Shown: one piece after another, positions 1 to 12,560 of the stretch
How positions within the stretch are numbered: position 1 is the first letter of the stretch
How the letters are laid out: every line of letters starts with the position of its first letter
Assembly: GCF_006345805.1 (NCBI RefSeq)
Contig: NC_043000.1
Span: 148,862,001-148,926,000 of the forward strand
Length of the DNA: 64,000 nt
Source: Octopus sinensis
Taxonomy: Eukaryota
Direction of reading: 5' to 3'
Program-made: the position numbers and the translations under genes
Notes under the pieces: model-generated
Seen by the model: the letters and a program-made list of their open reading frames with translations, nothing else
The model's database searches: none
Told to the model about the DNA's origin: nothing

Positions 1-429
1 AACTTGAATGTTTTTTATTATAGATCTGCCCAATCAGAGCTAAACAGTTTAACAATAAAGAGTTAAAGGTGAGAGTGGGATGGGCAACAGACACATCAAT
101 GATAGCGATGCATGATGTGAGGGTAGAAAACTAATACGAGCATCAGAGGGGCATGAAGTTATCAGAGAACAGTGGTGTAGGTTACACAGCAGGCAGATAT
201 GCAAGCATGCATATGTGTGTATGGACACAAATATACATAAATTTTAACATCCATTCTGTTATGCCTGAGCAGGCAAGTGGGTCAACTGAGTTGATTGGTA
301 ATATGCTAGTCAACATGGTCCTTTGATATCTTCTTTGTGAGGTGTGATTTAGATTTGACTTCACCATGTCATTCACATCTCCATTAGACTCCCTCTTCTA
401 CAGATGCCAGTTCTTTGAGCACATAGCAC

Positions 430-872
430 AACTTTATACAACTGTCCTCCTTGTGTGTGTATACATGTACTTATTATGTACATATAAATTCAAATAAGTT
501 ATTATCTTTAAAAAGCACCATTCGAGCGTGACTGATGCCAGTGTCGCCTGACTAGCACCTGTGCCAGTGGGATGTAAAAAGCACCATTCAAGCATGACCA
601 ATGCCAGTACCACCTGACTAGCACCAGTGCTGGAGACATGTAAAAAGCACCGTTTGAGCATGGTTAATCCCAGGGCTGCCTGATTGGCTCTTGTGCTGGT
701 GGCACGTAAAAAATACCCACTACACACTCAGAGTGGTTGATGTTAAGAAGGGCATCCAGCTGTAGAAACCTTACCAAATCAGATTGGAGCCTGGTGCAGC
801 CTCCCGACTTCCCAGTCCTCAATCGAACCATCCAACTCATGCAAGCATGGAAAGATGTTAAATGATGATGAC
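430..872 (+). mobile_element. Family A: 5'-truncated RTE-LINE 3' UTR copy with internal tandem units and (GAT)n tail
   Basis: Contains gagtggttgatgttaagaagggcatccagctgtagaaac and ends gttaaatgatgatg; same tail as the copies attached to RT-coding DNA at 13430 and 20348. Confidence 0.8.
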
Positions 873-1003
873 ATATATATATATTATCCAAAATATAGTA
901 TTTTCTTTTTCTTATACATAAATGACAATATACCCATCTTTTAGTATTTTACTGATACACTGGATAAAACTGGGGAACTTGGATGCTGACATCCTTTTAA
1001 GAG

Positions 1004-1295
1004 GTCCGAGATTCGAACCCGTGATCCCTCGACAGCAGACTCGCAGTCGAGGGATCGCAGGTTCGAATCTCGGACTGGTCAATGTGTGTTTATGAGCGAA
1101 ACACCTAAGCTCCACGCGGCTCCGGCAGAAGGTAATGGCGAACTTCTGCTGACTCTTTTGCCACAACTTTCTCTCACTCTTTACTCTTGCGACGGACTGG
1201 CATTCCGTCCAGGTGGGGAATCTATATGCCAAGGAAACTGGGAAACCGGCCCTTATGAGCCAGGGATGGCTCGAGGAGGAACAAAAACATATATA
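1004..1295 (+). mobile_element. Family D tRNA-derived SINE with fold-back 5' end and V-domain-like 3' part
   Basis: B-box GGTTCGAATC; core cacctaagctccacgcggctccggcag shared with 25091, 58688 and 63243; tgcgacggactggcattccgtccagg. Confidence 0.75.
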
Positions 1296-1552
1296 TATAC
1301 TGGTACAAACATGATATCTTTAAGATAGTATGTATTATACTGATTTGATATCATTGTATCAGATATTTCCATAGCGATAGTCCTGTAAGTATGTGGAGGA
1401 GCACTGGGAAGACATGCAAAATGAAGAAAGCTTGAATGTCAATAATAGATAATGTAAAATAGAGCTATAAGAGGAAATGCAATTATCTTAAAAGAATGTG
1501 CATTTATAAAGCAATGCAAAATTACTACTTAACTACTACCTAAATTTTAACA

Positions 1553-1950
1553 ATACCGGGCATATTGAGTTATGGTCTTGTCACCCGCATCATAAATCAG
1601 GTAGTTCATGAAGGAGTCTGACCCAATGATTGGTGTAGCAGCACCATAGTCAACTGCTACAAGGGTAAAGGTGATGCTTTAGATAGAAATAACTACTGGG
1701 GTATCAAATTATTGGATCAAGTGATGAAAGTTACAGAAAGGGTCATAGCCCAACTAATTAGGGAGAGAGTTAGCCTAGATGAGATGCAGTTTGGTTTTGT
1801 ACCAGGCAGAAGCACCACTGATGCTATATTTCTGGTAAGGCAACTGCAGGAGAAATATCTGGCCAAAGATAAACCTCTGTACTTGGCTTGGAGAAAGCCT
1901 TTGACAGGGTCCCCCGATCCTTTATCTGGTGGTCAATGCGGAAACTAGGG
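1553..1950 (+). mobile_element. RTE-clade LINE reverse transcriptase fragment (degenerate)
   Basis: Translates ...YKGKGDALDRNNYWGIKLLDQVMKVTERV...QFGFVPGRSTTDAIF..RQLQEKY, then frameshifts into LEKAFDRVPR. Confidence 0.9.
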
Positions 1951-2499
1951 ATAGACGGAAGTAGATTATGTTATCAAAGTTGTGTGAGATTTGGCTATTA
2001 TTTCTAGCATGTGGCTAACCTGCTTGAAGATTTTTTTCTTCTTTTCTTCTGTAGTTTCAGTTCAGAGCTGCCGCCTTGTTGAAGAATTGAAACTTTACAA
2101 ACAATTTTTTATCAGAATCGTAATTTTCGTATTTTTCTACGTATTTCACAAAAAAAAAAAAAAAATCCGGAAAAAGTGAAAAATTACGTAGGGGAGTATG
2201 AGGTGGGGTGGGATTGAAATTTTGAAAATGCGATTAAAAATTTTTTTTTTTTTCAGAATCGGATCCTCCATAACCAAACACGTGGGATTCCGTAAAAAAA
2301 AATCAATACATATCCATTTTACCGAAAGTTATGACGGAAAAATTGGATCTTGTGAATTTTCCGAAAGTCCTTCGCCCCAACCCCCAGGGTCGTTAGGCAA
2401 TTTTTTTTTTTTATATACTCTTTCTACATACTTGTTAACACCCAGCAGGCTGGTTTATTTTATTTTATTTTTTACGGGTGAAGATCTTTATATTGACCG

Positions 2500-2903
2500 A
2501 AACGGCTTTGTTTCCTCATAATTTCCAGAAAAATTAGTTATTTTAAATGAAAATTTCTACAAATACCTTTCAGAGTGCATAAAGTACGGATATATTGGAA
2601 TCTGATGTGGTAAAAATAAATAAATAAAAACGGTTAGCATGCACACAATTTTCTTCGAAATTTCAAGTTTCGTTTTGTAGATGTATGTGATGTGTCAGTA
2701 TACTCTTTTACTTGTTTCAGTCATTTGATTGCGGCCATGCTGGAGCACCACCTTTAGTCGAGCAACTCAACCCCGGGACTTATTCTTTTGTAAGCCCAGT
2801 ACTTATTCTATCGGTCTCTTTGGCCGAACCGCTAGTTAACGGGGACGTAAACACACCAGCATCGGTTGTCAAGCAATGCTAGGGGAACAAACACAGACAC
2901 ACA

Positions 2904-2951
<48 letters not shown>

Positions 2952-3750
2952 TACGACAGGCTTCTTTCAGTTTCCGTCTACCAAATCCACTCACAAGGCT
3001 TTGGTCGGCACGAGGCTATAGTAGAAGACACTTACCCAAGGTGCCACGCTACTTACCACACAGCCACTCCTGCGCCTATATATATATATATATATATTAA
3101 ATTCCGATTTTATCATAATCACTCTGAAAATATCCATTTTTCGGGGCTAATGCAGTTTCGTACCTCTCCTTGAAAAATGCATGGTTTTGAAAAAACTTCT
3201 TCGGATTTCTATGTTTTAGATGTCGGAGAATATACAAAAAAAAATGTTTTTTAATTCTCTCTCCCCGTAATCTCCGACATCTAAAGCGCAGGGATCCGAA
3301 AACCTTTTTTTCAAAAAATGCATTTTTCAAGGAGAGGTGCGAAACTGCATTAGCCCCCATTTTTAGGTGCCTTGTGTGAATTTTGCGAAACCCTTCTCCC
3401 CACGTACGGAAAAAAAAATTTCACAACAAATTCCAATACAATGGGATTCTATACCATCTAAAGCGTATTTGTAGAAGGTTTCATTAAAAAATATCCGTTT
3501 TTTCTGGAGGTTATGAAGAAATAAAGTCAGTGGGAGGCACACACGTATAGGCATGTTGCAGGATTATCTTCACATATGTGCCCCAACCTCAATATACTGA
3601 CATACGTCAAGTGTATCTGCAAAATGAAACTTGAAATTTAGAAAAATTGTTATGTGTGTCAGTATGTATCTGTGCATGCCTACTAAGTTGAGGTTTTCTT
3701 TTTTACATTAAACCCCAATATAATCGTAATTTACACACTCTGAAAGGTAC
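2500..3750. mobile_element. Fold-back/MITE-like DNA element remnant with nested inverted repeats, interrupted by a SINE
   Basis: Inverted arms 2564-2702 vs 3591-3749 and 3143-3235 vs 3266-3357; superfamily not identified. Confidence 0.55.
2701..3077 (-). mobile_element. Family B tRNA-derived SINE with central (TA)n and internal deletion
   Basis: Head ggcgcaggagtggctgtgtggtaag; tail ccagcatggccgcaatcaaatgactgaaacaagtaaaagagt. Confidence 0.85.
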
Positions 3751-6180
3751 GAACACTTCGCTCCGGCTGGTTAATGGTATATCATGGTACATCCGTTCGC
3801 GGTGGTCTATAACAAACATGTATATTTTAAAATTATTTCGAAGATATATATTACACACACAGACACACATTTAAGCACAATTAATTACTTATAAAGCACA
3901 CAGATCCACTTCAATTTAGGTAGTCCGTCTCTTTAATTAGTAATTGCCATTAACGCAGTCTGTGACCTTGTGTTCAAATGAGGAGCACTAAGCTCTCTAT
4001 GATATTATTTTGGGGTTTAAAAAAACAAGGTAAATTTTCCGAGGTTTTTTGTTTTTCTTAGTGAACCACGTAGGGGTGTACTTACTAAAAAAAAATAGAT
4101 ATAAACTAATATTTTCTTATGAGAGGAAAATCACTAGTGTGTATAAAACTACTGATGATCAACATCGGCGAAATTTAATGCAATAAATACGATAAAAAAG
4201 TTATATATCTGTCGGTAAGGTTCAAATCTATAAGAAATAGGCTGTGACATTCAAACCTTTCCCTCCCTAGAAAATTTGACGGCAAATATTCAAAATAAAT
4301 ACCAATATAAAAAATTATTTCGGCTTTTCTAACTTTTACCGTGTTCTCAAATTACAACTAACACCTGTTCCATCTAATATCTATGGCCCTAACGTGTGTG
4401 TGTGTGTGTGTATTTCAACGTGCAGAATTGTTTTGCCACATGTCAGTTCTGATCTCGTACATCTACGACCAAAGACGTTCTACCCATGACCAACAAGTCT
4501 TTTTTCTTTTCGTTCATACATAATATGCTTAGAACTATATTATCCTATAGGACTTGGCTTCTTTTTTTTTAACAACAGAAGCATCGGATCTTTACCCTTT
4601 GAACGGCAGATCGAGAAATTAATTTTTTGTAACTATAAACACTTTCAAACTTTAAGGTGATTTGGTTGTTGTTTCTAGCACGTCGAGCGATCGCGTGGAG
4701 AATCTATTCCAAAAAGGTAACTAACTCTAGTAATTCATCGAGTTATTCTCAGCTTCTCTCGTGAAAATTTTCGTAATATGAGAAATATAATCTCTCACGT
4801 TCGAGTATATGATGCGATTCAATGTTCCTACCTTCTTTCTTGAATGCCTGTTTCTGTTTTCCTTTTTGTTACATAATGTTGTCCCAGAGATGATTTCCGT
4901 GTTACTTCCCGTCTCACAGTGTAACACCGTGTCACTTGTATGGATGGAAGTAATGGAAATAATTTTAAATAGAAGACACTAATTCCATCCGTAGTCTAGA
5001 AATAACTACTGTACTTATCGATCGCACTGCTGTTAGGGTAGCTTGTAGAAGTAGTGGCGGTCGAGGGTGCCCAAGCAAAGGAGGCAAGATAATGAAATGA
5101 CGACTCGGTAGGGAATTCATGAGTAGCTTTTGATTGTTTGAATACATACGGACTTTTGGACCCCGTCTACAGTCAGTGAGCTTGCCTCTTCGTGGTCGCT
5201 CGACTTGCTAGAAATGCTTGCCAAATCTCCTTTAAACCCGTTGTCATCTTATATAAAGGACATAGTGCATGCAATAGATGACATATTCCTACACACACCA
5301 AAAAGAATGAAGTGATCGTGGCTAGAATGCCTTTAATCCACTAGATCAGGATAGTTATGAGCTAAGATGGTAAGAAGTTAAAATGTGTAGCAACAGAAAG
5401 CAATCTAAAAAAACTAACATTTCTTTAAGGCATATCCAAGTTGCGAACGGAATTAAGATAAATGTTTAGTAAAAGCAAATTTTCTCAGATTGACATTATT
5501 TCATATATACTTACAGAAGTTGTAAATGATTATACCAATAAAATATGGGAGCTTAAAAAGAAACTAACACTGACAACAGTTACTTTCGCTATCAATATTA
5601 ATATAACTCTTAGTGCTGGGTGCAATGGGGCCAATCGACCTGGACACGTGAGAATGGGTGTAAAAACTTTCTCTAGCATATCAAGTTCCCTTAACTCATG
5701 CCAGTCGTTTGGGTGTCACTTGAGACGCTTTTGCAGTCAGCCGTGACCAGTGGTCATTGTTCTCCGGTTTACAATGTCTCTTCAAAGTGGATGCGCCAAA
5801 AGAGACTTAATACTCAGGTACAGAAAACCCTACCATTCTACTGATACTAGCGGTATTTATCTTGTTGATCCAATGCTGTTAGCTTGTACTTGATTAGATC
5901 AGCCTCCTTAGAAATAATCTTTAAAATTCACCTCTTTTATTCACGAAACATTTTTGAGTGATACCGATGAGATTTCCTACGTTTAACTTTCTTCGACGGC
6001 TGAAATGAACAGCACCCTTTTGGCTCGGCTTAACATGTGTATGAAGTCAACTAGGGTAGCTTTGTGTGATCACGCGACCTGCCAGATATATCAACCAACT
6101 CTCATTCGAATCAGTTCCATATTGCCCAACTATATTTATAAAAAGAAGAAAAGACACACTGCATGTTGATTAGTCTAATG

Positions 6181-6382
6181 CAGTGGTTTTCAACCAGGGT
6201 TCCGCCAGTACAGTCCAGGGGTTCCGCAAGAAGTTACAAAAATGCTAAAATCGACAGTAATTTTTAATTCTCCTGTGCAGATATGTATGCATAAGACAAT
6301 CAAATTATTGCACTGGGGTTCCTCGAGCCAGTGGAATGTTTCCTTGGGGTTCCGCTCCAGGAAAAAAGGTAGAAAAGCACTG
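6181..6382. mobile_element. hAT (Charlie-like) MITE
   Basis: TIRs CAGTGGTTTTCAACC / GGTAGAAAAGCACTG; 8-bp TSD gtctaatg/gtctaatt; second copy at 45020. Confidence 0.88.
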
Positions 6383-6405
6383 GTCTAATTAATGCTTTAA
6401 ATAAA

Positions 6406-6806
6406 TCTTTATATATGAAAGAGAGGTTGTGTGTCTGTCTCCTACGATTTAGATTCCTAACTACTCCCACATTTTGCGGTGCAGTTAAACCAAAACCGGG
6501 TATCTTATAGCCATGATTCATATCGACCCCTTATGGGTATTAGCGCGCGTCTACGATGAGTCTACGATTAAAAAAAAAAATTTACTATCATTTTTTCCAT
6601 TTGAATGCATTTTTTCGCTATTATATAAGGGAAGTAACTCTCTAAAAATGTCTACGATGAGTCAACGATTTTTAAAAAAATTTACCATCATTTTTTTTTT
6701 TCCATTTTTAATACATTTTTTTGCTATTTTTTGGCTATAACTCTCTAGAAATGCTTATATAGTTATTTCCCTTACAAACCCGAGCAACGCCGGGCGATAC
6801 TGCTAG
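6406..6806 (+). mobile_element. Non-autonomous Helitron
   Basis: 5' TC after A, 3' hairpin CCCGAGCAACGCCGGG (6779-6794), CTAG end (6803-6806) followed by T; internal ~100-bp tandem duplication. Confidence 0.85.
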
Positions 6807-6957
6807 TATAAAATAAACTGACTTATAATTAACGAAGAGTGCGTGACAGGAGTTATCGCTACTTATCTCCCCTGGCGAACCATCTTCAGCAAGGTGACTG
6901 GCATCCGTGGCTTCTCCATACCAGAGTCTTTGGTACAAACCTTCATCCGAAAGTAAA

Positions 6958-7010
6958 ATGCCCCTCGCTCAACTATTTTCGGGGAAACATGCCCAACAGC
7001 TTAAAAACGC
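6958..7010 (+). CDS. UQCR11: Cytochrome b-c1 complex subunit 10 (UQCR11), coding exon 1 (MPLAQLFSGKHAQQLKN + GC)
   Basis: aaaATG start and donor GC|GTAAGT. Phase 2 matches exon 2, and the joined length (57 aa) fits the family. Confidence 0.88.
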
Positions 7011-8384
7011 GTAAGTATATTTATATGTCTGTAAATTATACCTTAAACGAGGTCGATATTCTTTTTAATTAGCTTTCTATGTATGCTTGTTGAAGGTCAC
7101 ACCAAAGAATTCTTCCTGTTTCTCTTCTGTTCGGATGAATTGTTGATTCTGTTCTGTTCTGTTGGGGAAGTCCAGAAATCCTTCCAGCATTCAAATTATA
7201 TTCAGAATTAAAATGCTAAAAAGGGTCTTTCAGATCTTAGTTATGTTATTTCCCTTTGTTTCATTTTGGTCGGTCAAAAGGTTATTTATTACGTTTTTAT
7301 AGAAGAATTTTCGAAAATACACTTAAAATTTCTAGCATAATGTTGTCAAAATATGTGAAATGAAAATTTGCTTCCCGGGAGTTATTGTATATAAGATAAA
7401 CTGATTAAATGCCTTTGTGTCTCAGCATAAGAACTAAAAGTTTATAGTTTAAAAAATATAACTAAAAAAGGTCTAACTTTAACTTGATACAATGTGTTTC
7501 TGGTAAACTAAAAATCAAGTCTCAGTTTATTTCCTTCTCGTAGAATTCTACATCAAAAATTGTTTTAAATGAAGTGAATTGTGATTTTCCGATTCCTTTT
7601 AGTTACCAGAAGTCTTTTACAGTGAATATTCAGTTGTTTTATATTTGGCCTTACAGAATCGTCTAGATTTTACAGCCTACTTTGCAAAATGACAATTTGA
7701 TTAATTTCTGGAAAAATATGCAGCATAATTTTTATTTATTTATCGAAGTTGTGGGGAAAACGAAACTTGTATTAAGAGTAGATTTTTCAGTCGGGGAAAA
7801 TGAGGGCAGGAACAATTGGCTATTTATTAGGTTGTCGCAGAGTTTTGTGGAGGTGTTCGACCACTCCTCTACAAACGCACGAGTCTCTAACTCACATATT
7901 CATATAGAAAATAGTATTTTTCCTCATGAAAAATATAAGTATTTTTCCTTATAAATAGTAGACACATACCACTCGTCATTTTGTCGTTTCGCCCCTAAGT
8001 CAACTTTGATTAAACAGACCTATAATCAAAGGTGTTGCAGTCGTAACCACCCAATCTTTCTATAGATGTCTTTCTCTTTTTACAACTATTGTAGATTTAG
8101 CAGTTATATCTAGCAGGTCGAACAATTACGCAGCGGTTCTACATTGAATGAACCCTCATTTTTTTTAGCTATCGTGAGGCTGAGAAACAGATGGATCGAA
8201 TAAAGTTACTTTACATGCAGTTATTGTTAAATCTTTTACGGTTCAGTTCTAAGTCAGTGCTGATGGAATGTTGATATTAGTAGGGACGCACCTGGATCTA
8301 TTGCATTCTGCCTTATCTCCAAAAAACGTATATTTCTTAAGTAAAAATTTTCTCCCCATAAGAGAGGACAAAGATTATCTTTTA

Positions 8385-8690
8385 TATTTTACTCGTGTCA
8401 GTCATCGGACTGCGTCCGTGCTGGGACACCGCCTTCAAAGGGTTTAGTCGAACAAATAGACCTAATACTTTTTTTTTCTTTTTAAGTTTGGTTCTTATTG
8501 CATTGAACTCTTTCGCCGAACCTCTAAATTACGTGGACGTAAACAAACCAACACTGGTTGTGGAGGGAACAAAGTCGCGCGCGCATGCAGACACACACAC
8601 GATGGGATTCCATACAGTTCCCGTCTACCAAATTCATTCACAAGGCATTTGTCGCCTCCGGGTTTATAAGGTGCCATAGAGTGTTCTGAA
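8385..8690 (-). mobile_element. Diverged family B SINE
   Basis: Recognisable tcagtcatcggactgcg...caccgcc and ccgtctaccaaattcattcacaagg blocks. Confidence 0.6.
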
Positions 8691-9039
8691 CCACTGTCAC
8701 AGATATCTGTTTGTAATGGATTGGGTTTTGATGAACATTTAAGAAAATAATAAAATACTCGTGAAAAGGAATGAATATGTGAAATATCAGGTTAAAGAAA
8801 TTAGTTGATTTATATATTTATTTTTTCTTTGTGAACCTCTTTACCATCTAATGTAAGGAAAGACTATTAAGTAGATCTTATAAATAATCCTGAAAATATC
8901 CAGTAATATATATTAGATATTCAGAGGAAAAATAGTCCTCGTGACTTTTGCATCCTGCTTCCTTGGTTAGTAAGTTCAGTTAAACCCTTTTGTTACTATA
9001 TTCCTGTTAAAACATACTGTTTTTGCTTCAATTGATTTT

Positions 9040-9304
9040 CCGATCATGGCCGTGCCAGCCTCGCCTGGCCTCCGTGCTGGTGGCACGTAAAAAACACCAT
9101 TCGCCAGCCTCGTCTGGCACCTCTGTCGGTGACACATAAAAAGCACCCACTACACTCACGGAGTGGTTGGCGTTAGGAAGGGCATCCAGCTGTAGAAACA
9201 CTGCCAGATCTGACTGGCCTGGTGCAGCCTTCGGGCTTCCCAGACCCCAGTTGAAACGTCCAACCCATGCTAGCATGGAAAGCGGACGTTAAACGATGAT
9301 GATG
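9040..9304 (+). mobile_element. Family A RTE 3' UTR copy
   Basis: ggagtggttggcgttaggaagggcatccagctg...gttaaacgatgatgatg. Confidence 0.85.
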
Positions 9305-9682
9305 AAAGAATTTGTAAAATAACTGTCATTAATAAGCTGATGTTTTGGAACATATTAACATGAGATTTTGCTGTAAGTTTTTAATTTAGCTCACTTTAAA
9401 GCAAGAAGTTTGTATCATAGAATCAGGTTTGGTCTCAGGCTGGTTGATATCAAAAGGATTCAAGAACAGATGTAGCTTAATAGTGCTTGAGAAATGTAGG
9501 AAGAATTTGAAACTCATCTTTCCAAACAAGGTAACAATAACAGCACTCCAACCAGACATGTTTTTGCTCTCTCAGAGTGTAAAAAGAATCATCATGGTCA
9601 AAATCAGTGTCTCTGGAGGACAGACTCTAAGTTTCTTACCAGCTTAAAGACAATTGAATATCAGTTCTTGATTAATGACTTA

Positions 9683-9895
9683 CTCTTTACTCTTTTACTT
9701 GTTTCAGTCATTTGACTGCGGCCATGCTGGAGCACCGGCTTTAGTCGAGCAAATCGACCCCGGGACTTATTCTTTGTAAGCCCAGTACTTATTCTATCGG
9801 TCTATTTTGCCGAACCGCTAAGTGACGGGAACGTAAACACACCAGCATCGGTTGTCAAGCAATGCTAGGGGGACAAACATATACACACACACTTA
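9683..9895 (-). mobile_element. Family B SINE, 3' half
   Basis: tactcttttacttgtttcagtcatttgactgcggccatgctggagcacc; truncated at the central microsatellite. Confidence 0.85.
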
Positions 9896-10074
9896 CTGTA
9901 ACTTTTCAGCTAGATTGGTGCACTATTTCCTGTAGTGTCTGGAACCCAGACAACTGAAGCATGGCAGCTAAACCCAGCTGAAGTCACTGTGATTGACAAG
10001 AGACTATGCATGGAACACTTCTGCAGGCAACGACTGATTTAGTCCTCATTGCCCTACTCGAGTAAAGCATATAT

Positions 10075-10472
10075 ATTTCTTTACTACCCACAAGGGGCTA
10101 AACATAGAGGGGACAAACAAGGACAGACAAAGGGATTAAGTCGATTACATCGACCCAGTGCGAAACTGGTACTTTAATTAACGACCCCGAGAAGATGAAA
10201 GGCAAAGTCGACCTCGGCGGAATTTGAACTCAGAACGTAACGACAGACGAAATACCTATTTCTTTACTACCGACAAGGGGCTAAACACAGAGGGGACAAA
10301 CGGATTAAGTCGATTATATTGACCCCAGTGCGCAACTGGTACTTATTTAATCGACCCTGAAAGGATGAAAGGCAAAGTCGACCTCGGCGGAATTTAAACT
10401 CAGAACGTAACGGCAGACGAAATACGGCTACGCATTTCACCCGGCGTGCTAAAGTTTCTGCCAGCTCGCCGC
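10075..10472 (-). mobile_element. Family C tRNA-derived SINE, head-to-tail dimer
   Basis: Two consecutive copies of the block gaggtcgactttgcctttcatc...gtaccagtt; only the 5' unit keeps the head gcggcgagctggcagaaac. Confidence 0.85.
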
Positions 10473-12114
10473 ATATAGGCTAAGGAGTGAAACGCTTGTG
10501 ACCCTAATTTAACTGCTGATGATAAAGAAGGGTTAATTGCACTTAATTCACAGGTGGAATTTACAATACCTCTTCTGTAGTTTCTACATGGCACAAAGCA
10601 ACTTCAGTGAATTATCAGGATGGTGAGGGAAAGTGAAATGAAAGGAAGAGGTACAAATGGTCTGGTGGTTTAACTGGAAGGACTATGCAGTTGGTTTAGT
10701 AAAACAGGGGTATTGTGTGTGAAGTTACCATAGGAGATCATCAGATATTGTAAAGTCTTATTTGCAGCAATTTTGAGGATTTTAGTGTCGTGATGCTCCT
10801 CTCTAGAAAGAGTAAAGTACAAGACTGTCTCCTTGATGTATGTGGTAATTGTCTTTGTGTTGTTGATGGGGTTTTAAGTTGTGATGTGCTCATTGCTGAA
10901 TATTTTTGTAGTCTCTGATCATGTACTAAGTATATTTTCCCCAATTCTTTCCTTAGATAACCTTCAGAAGAAGAAATTTTTTCTAAACCTAACCCTGGTG
11001 TTCTCTCTCTCTCTCTCACTATATATATATATATATGTACACACATATCAGTGCGTAATGATTTTCAGAAGTAGTGTAATATGGAACGACCTGGAGATAT
11101 GCTAGCATAGGATCTTCTTATCACTATAAACATTTCTAAAAGTGAAAATACAATTCATTTTTTCACAAATAGTTCATTCTAGTCCAGGAGTCTTCTCATC
11201 TCACACCACCAGTCATACGTAAATCTTTTCAAAGACTCCAAATGCATTCTCAACTTTTTGCTTCTCTTTCTCTCACACACACGAGAGAGAGAGATGGAGA
11301 GGTACTTTAATTATTTTAAAAACATATTTTGAGATTTCAATCTGGTGATCTTGAGATAGATCTATAGAAGAAACATGACCCATTCTGAAGAGCAACTTTT
11401 CTGACCTTCCAAAATCTTCAAAGACGATGAAAAAACGATCATAAACGTTATGTTTATGATAGTTTAAGGTAATAAAAAATGAGATGCTTATATAATTCTA
11501 CGAAAAAATTGACCGTCACTAGCAGTTACCACTAGATTTTTGTTTTCTTCCTTCACCTAAAATGGAAATTTCAATAAAAGTAATTATGTATAGCAGTCAG
11601 TACACCACTCGTTAGCTTCGACATGGTATTTGAGTTATTTCCCTTATTTCAGGTTTTTTTTTTGTCATATCGTGCAAATGATATTGGACCAAAATTATTC
11701 ATAACATACAAACAGACTACCCTATGCTGATGAAGGCTTATAGACTGAACCATGTCCTTTGTCTGTAGACAAAGATCAGGCTTTACTTCCTTGAAACATG
11801 CAACTTAACGTCTTAATTTCTTGAAATTATCTCCCTTCTACTCCGAGAGCCCTTCACAATAGCTGCTAGTTAATTTTTCTTCCTCCAACTAAAAGGAAAT
11901 GTTTGCAAGTAGTATTTAGTTAACCCATTAACCCTTTTATTTATACAGAAATAGATTTTTTTTATTAAGCTTTGTTTATATATATATATTGTCGTGTTGA
12001 AAGAAAGCTAACGTAATGTATTGTGATTTATTGATTGTGCCTTGAATTTAAAAGTCAGTTACTTCTTTTGAAATACCACTCCTTACAAAATGTTTAATCC
12101 TTTTTCCATTGTAG

Positions 12115-12235
12115 AAGTCGATCATTAGGTATATTTGCTGCTACTGGAGGTGTAGCTCTTTTGTATTTTACTGACTGGAAGTTAATACTTCAATATGTCC
12201 CCGTAATTAAGAGAAAATTCAAAGACGATGAGTAA
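12115..12235 (+). CDS. UQCR11: UQCR11 coding exon 2 (ASRSLGIFAATGGVALLYFTDWKLILQYVPVIKRKFKDDE)
   Basis: ttccattgtag|A AGT CGA; one hydrophobic helix followed by the family signature TDWKLILQYVP (human TDWRLILDWVP). Ends either at donor GA|GTAAGT (12231) or at the in-place TAA 12233-12235. Confidence 0.93.
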
Positions 12236-12560
12236 GTTAACGTTTTTTTCTTTCTTTCTCTCTATTTGTTCAATATTATTGATACTAAGATTTGATTTTT
12301 GGTGTTTTCTTGTCAAATGATTTGCAACACGTATTTTTTTTTCTTTAATGAATCTCTTGCACTAATATCTGTAACTATGTTTTAACTAGAATTTATAACT
12401 TCTGCCTTATCTTTGGAACAAATTAATTCCAATGACAAAACTAAACACAACAGTATTCACATATTTAACAAGATATTCACAGAAAGCCTCTAAGAAACAC
12501 CTGTTAAAAATTGCGATAAATAAGAAATATATACATGTGTACAGATATGGTTATATGATG

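Noticed and set aside
4150-4260. TGATGA box C-like motif suggesting a snoRNA
   Set aside because: No appropriately placed CTGA box D or terminal stem, and it is not inside a known host intron.
4720-5520. CpG-rich region with a - strand donor-like CT|GTAAGT (~5505-5513), suggesting a gene divergent from UQCR11
   Set aside because: No coding frame or downstream exon found toward the window start; much of the CpG content is old SINE debris.
11622-11730. ATG-initiated frame containing IGPKLF as a candidate UQCR11 exon 1
   Set aside because: No phase-2 donor and it ends in a stop; the exon at 6958-7010 fits length, phase and motif far better.
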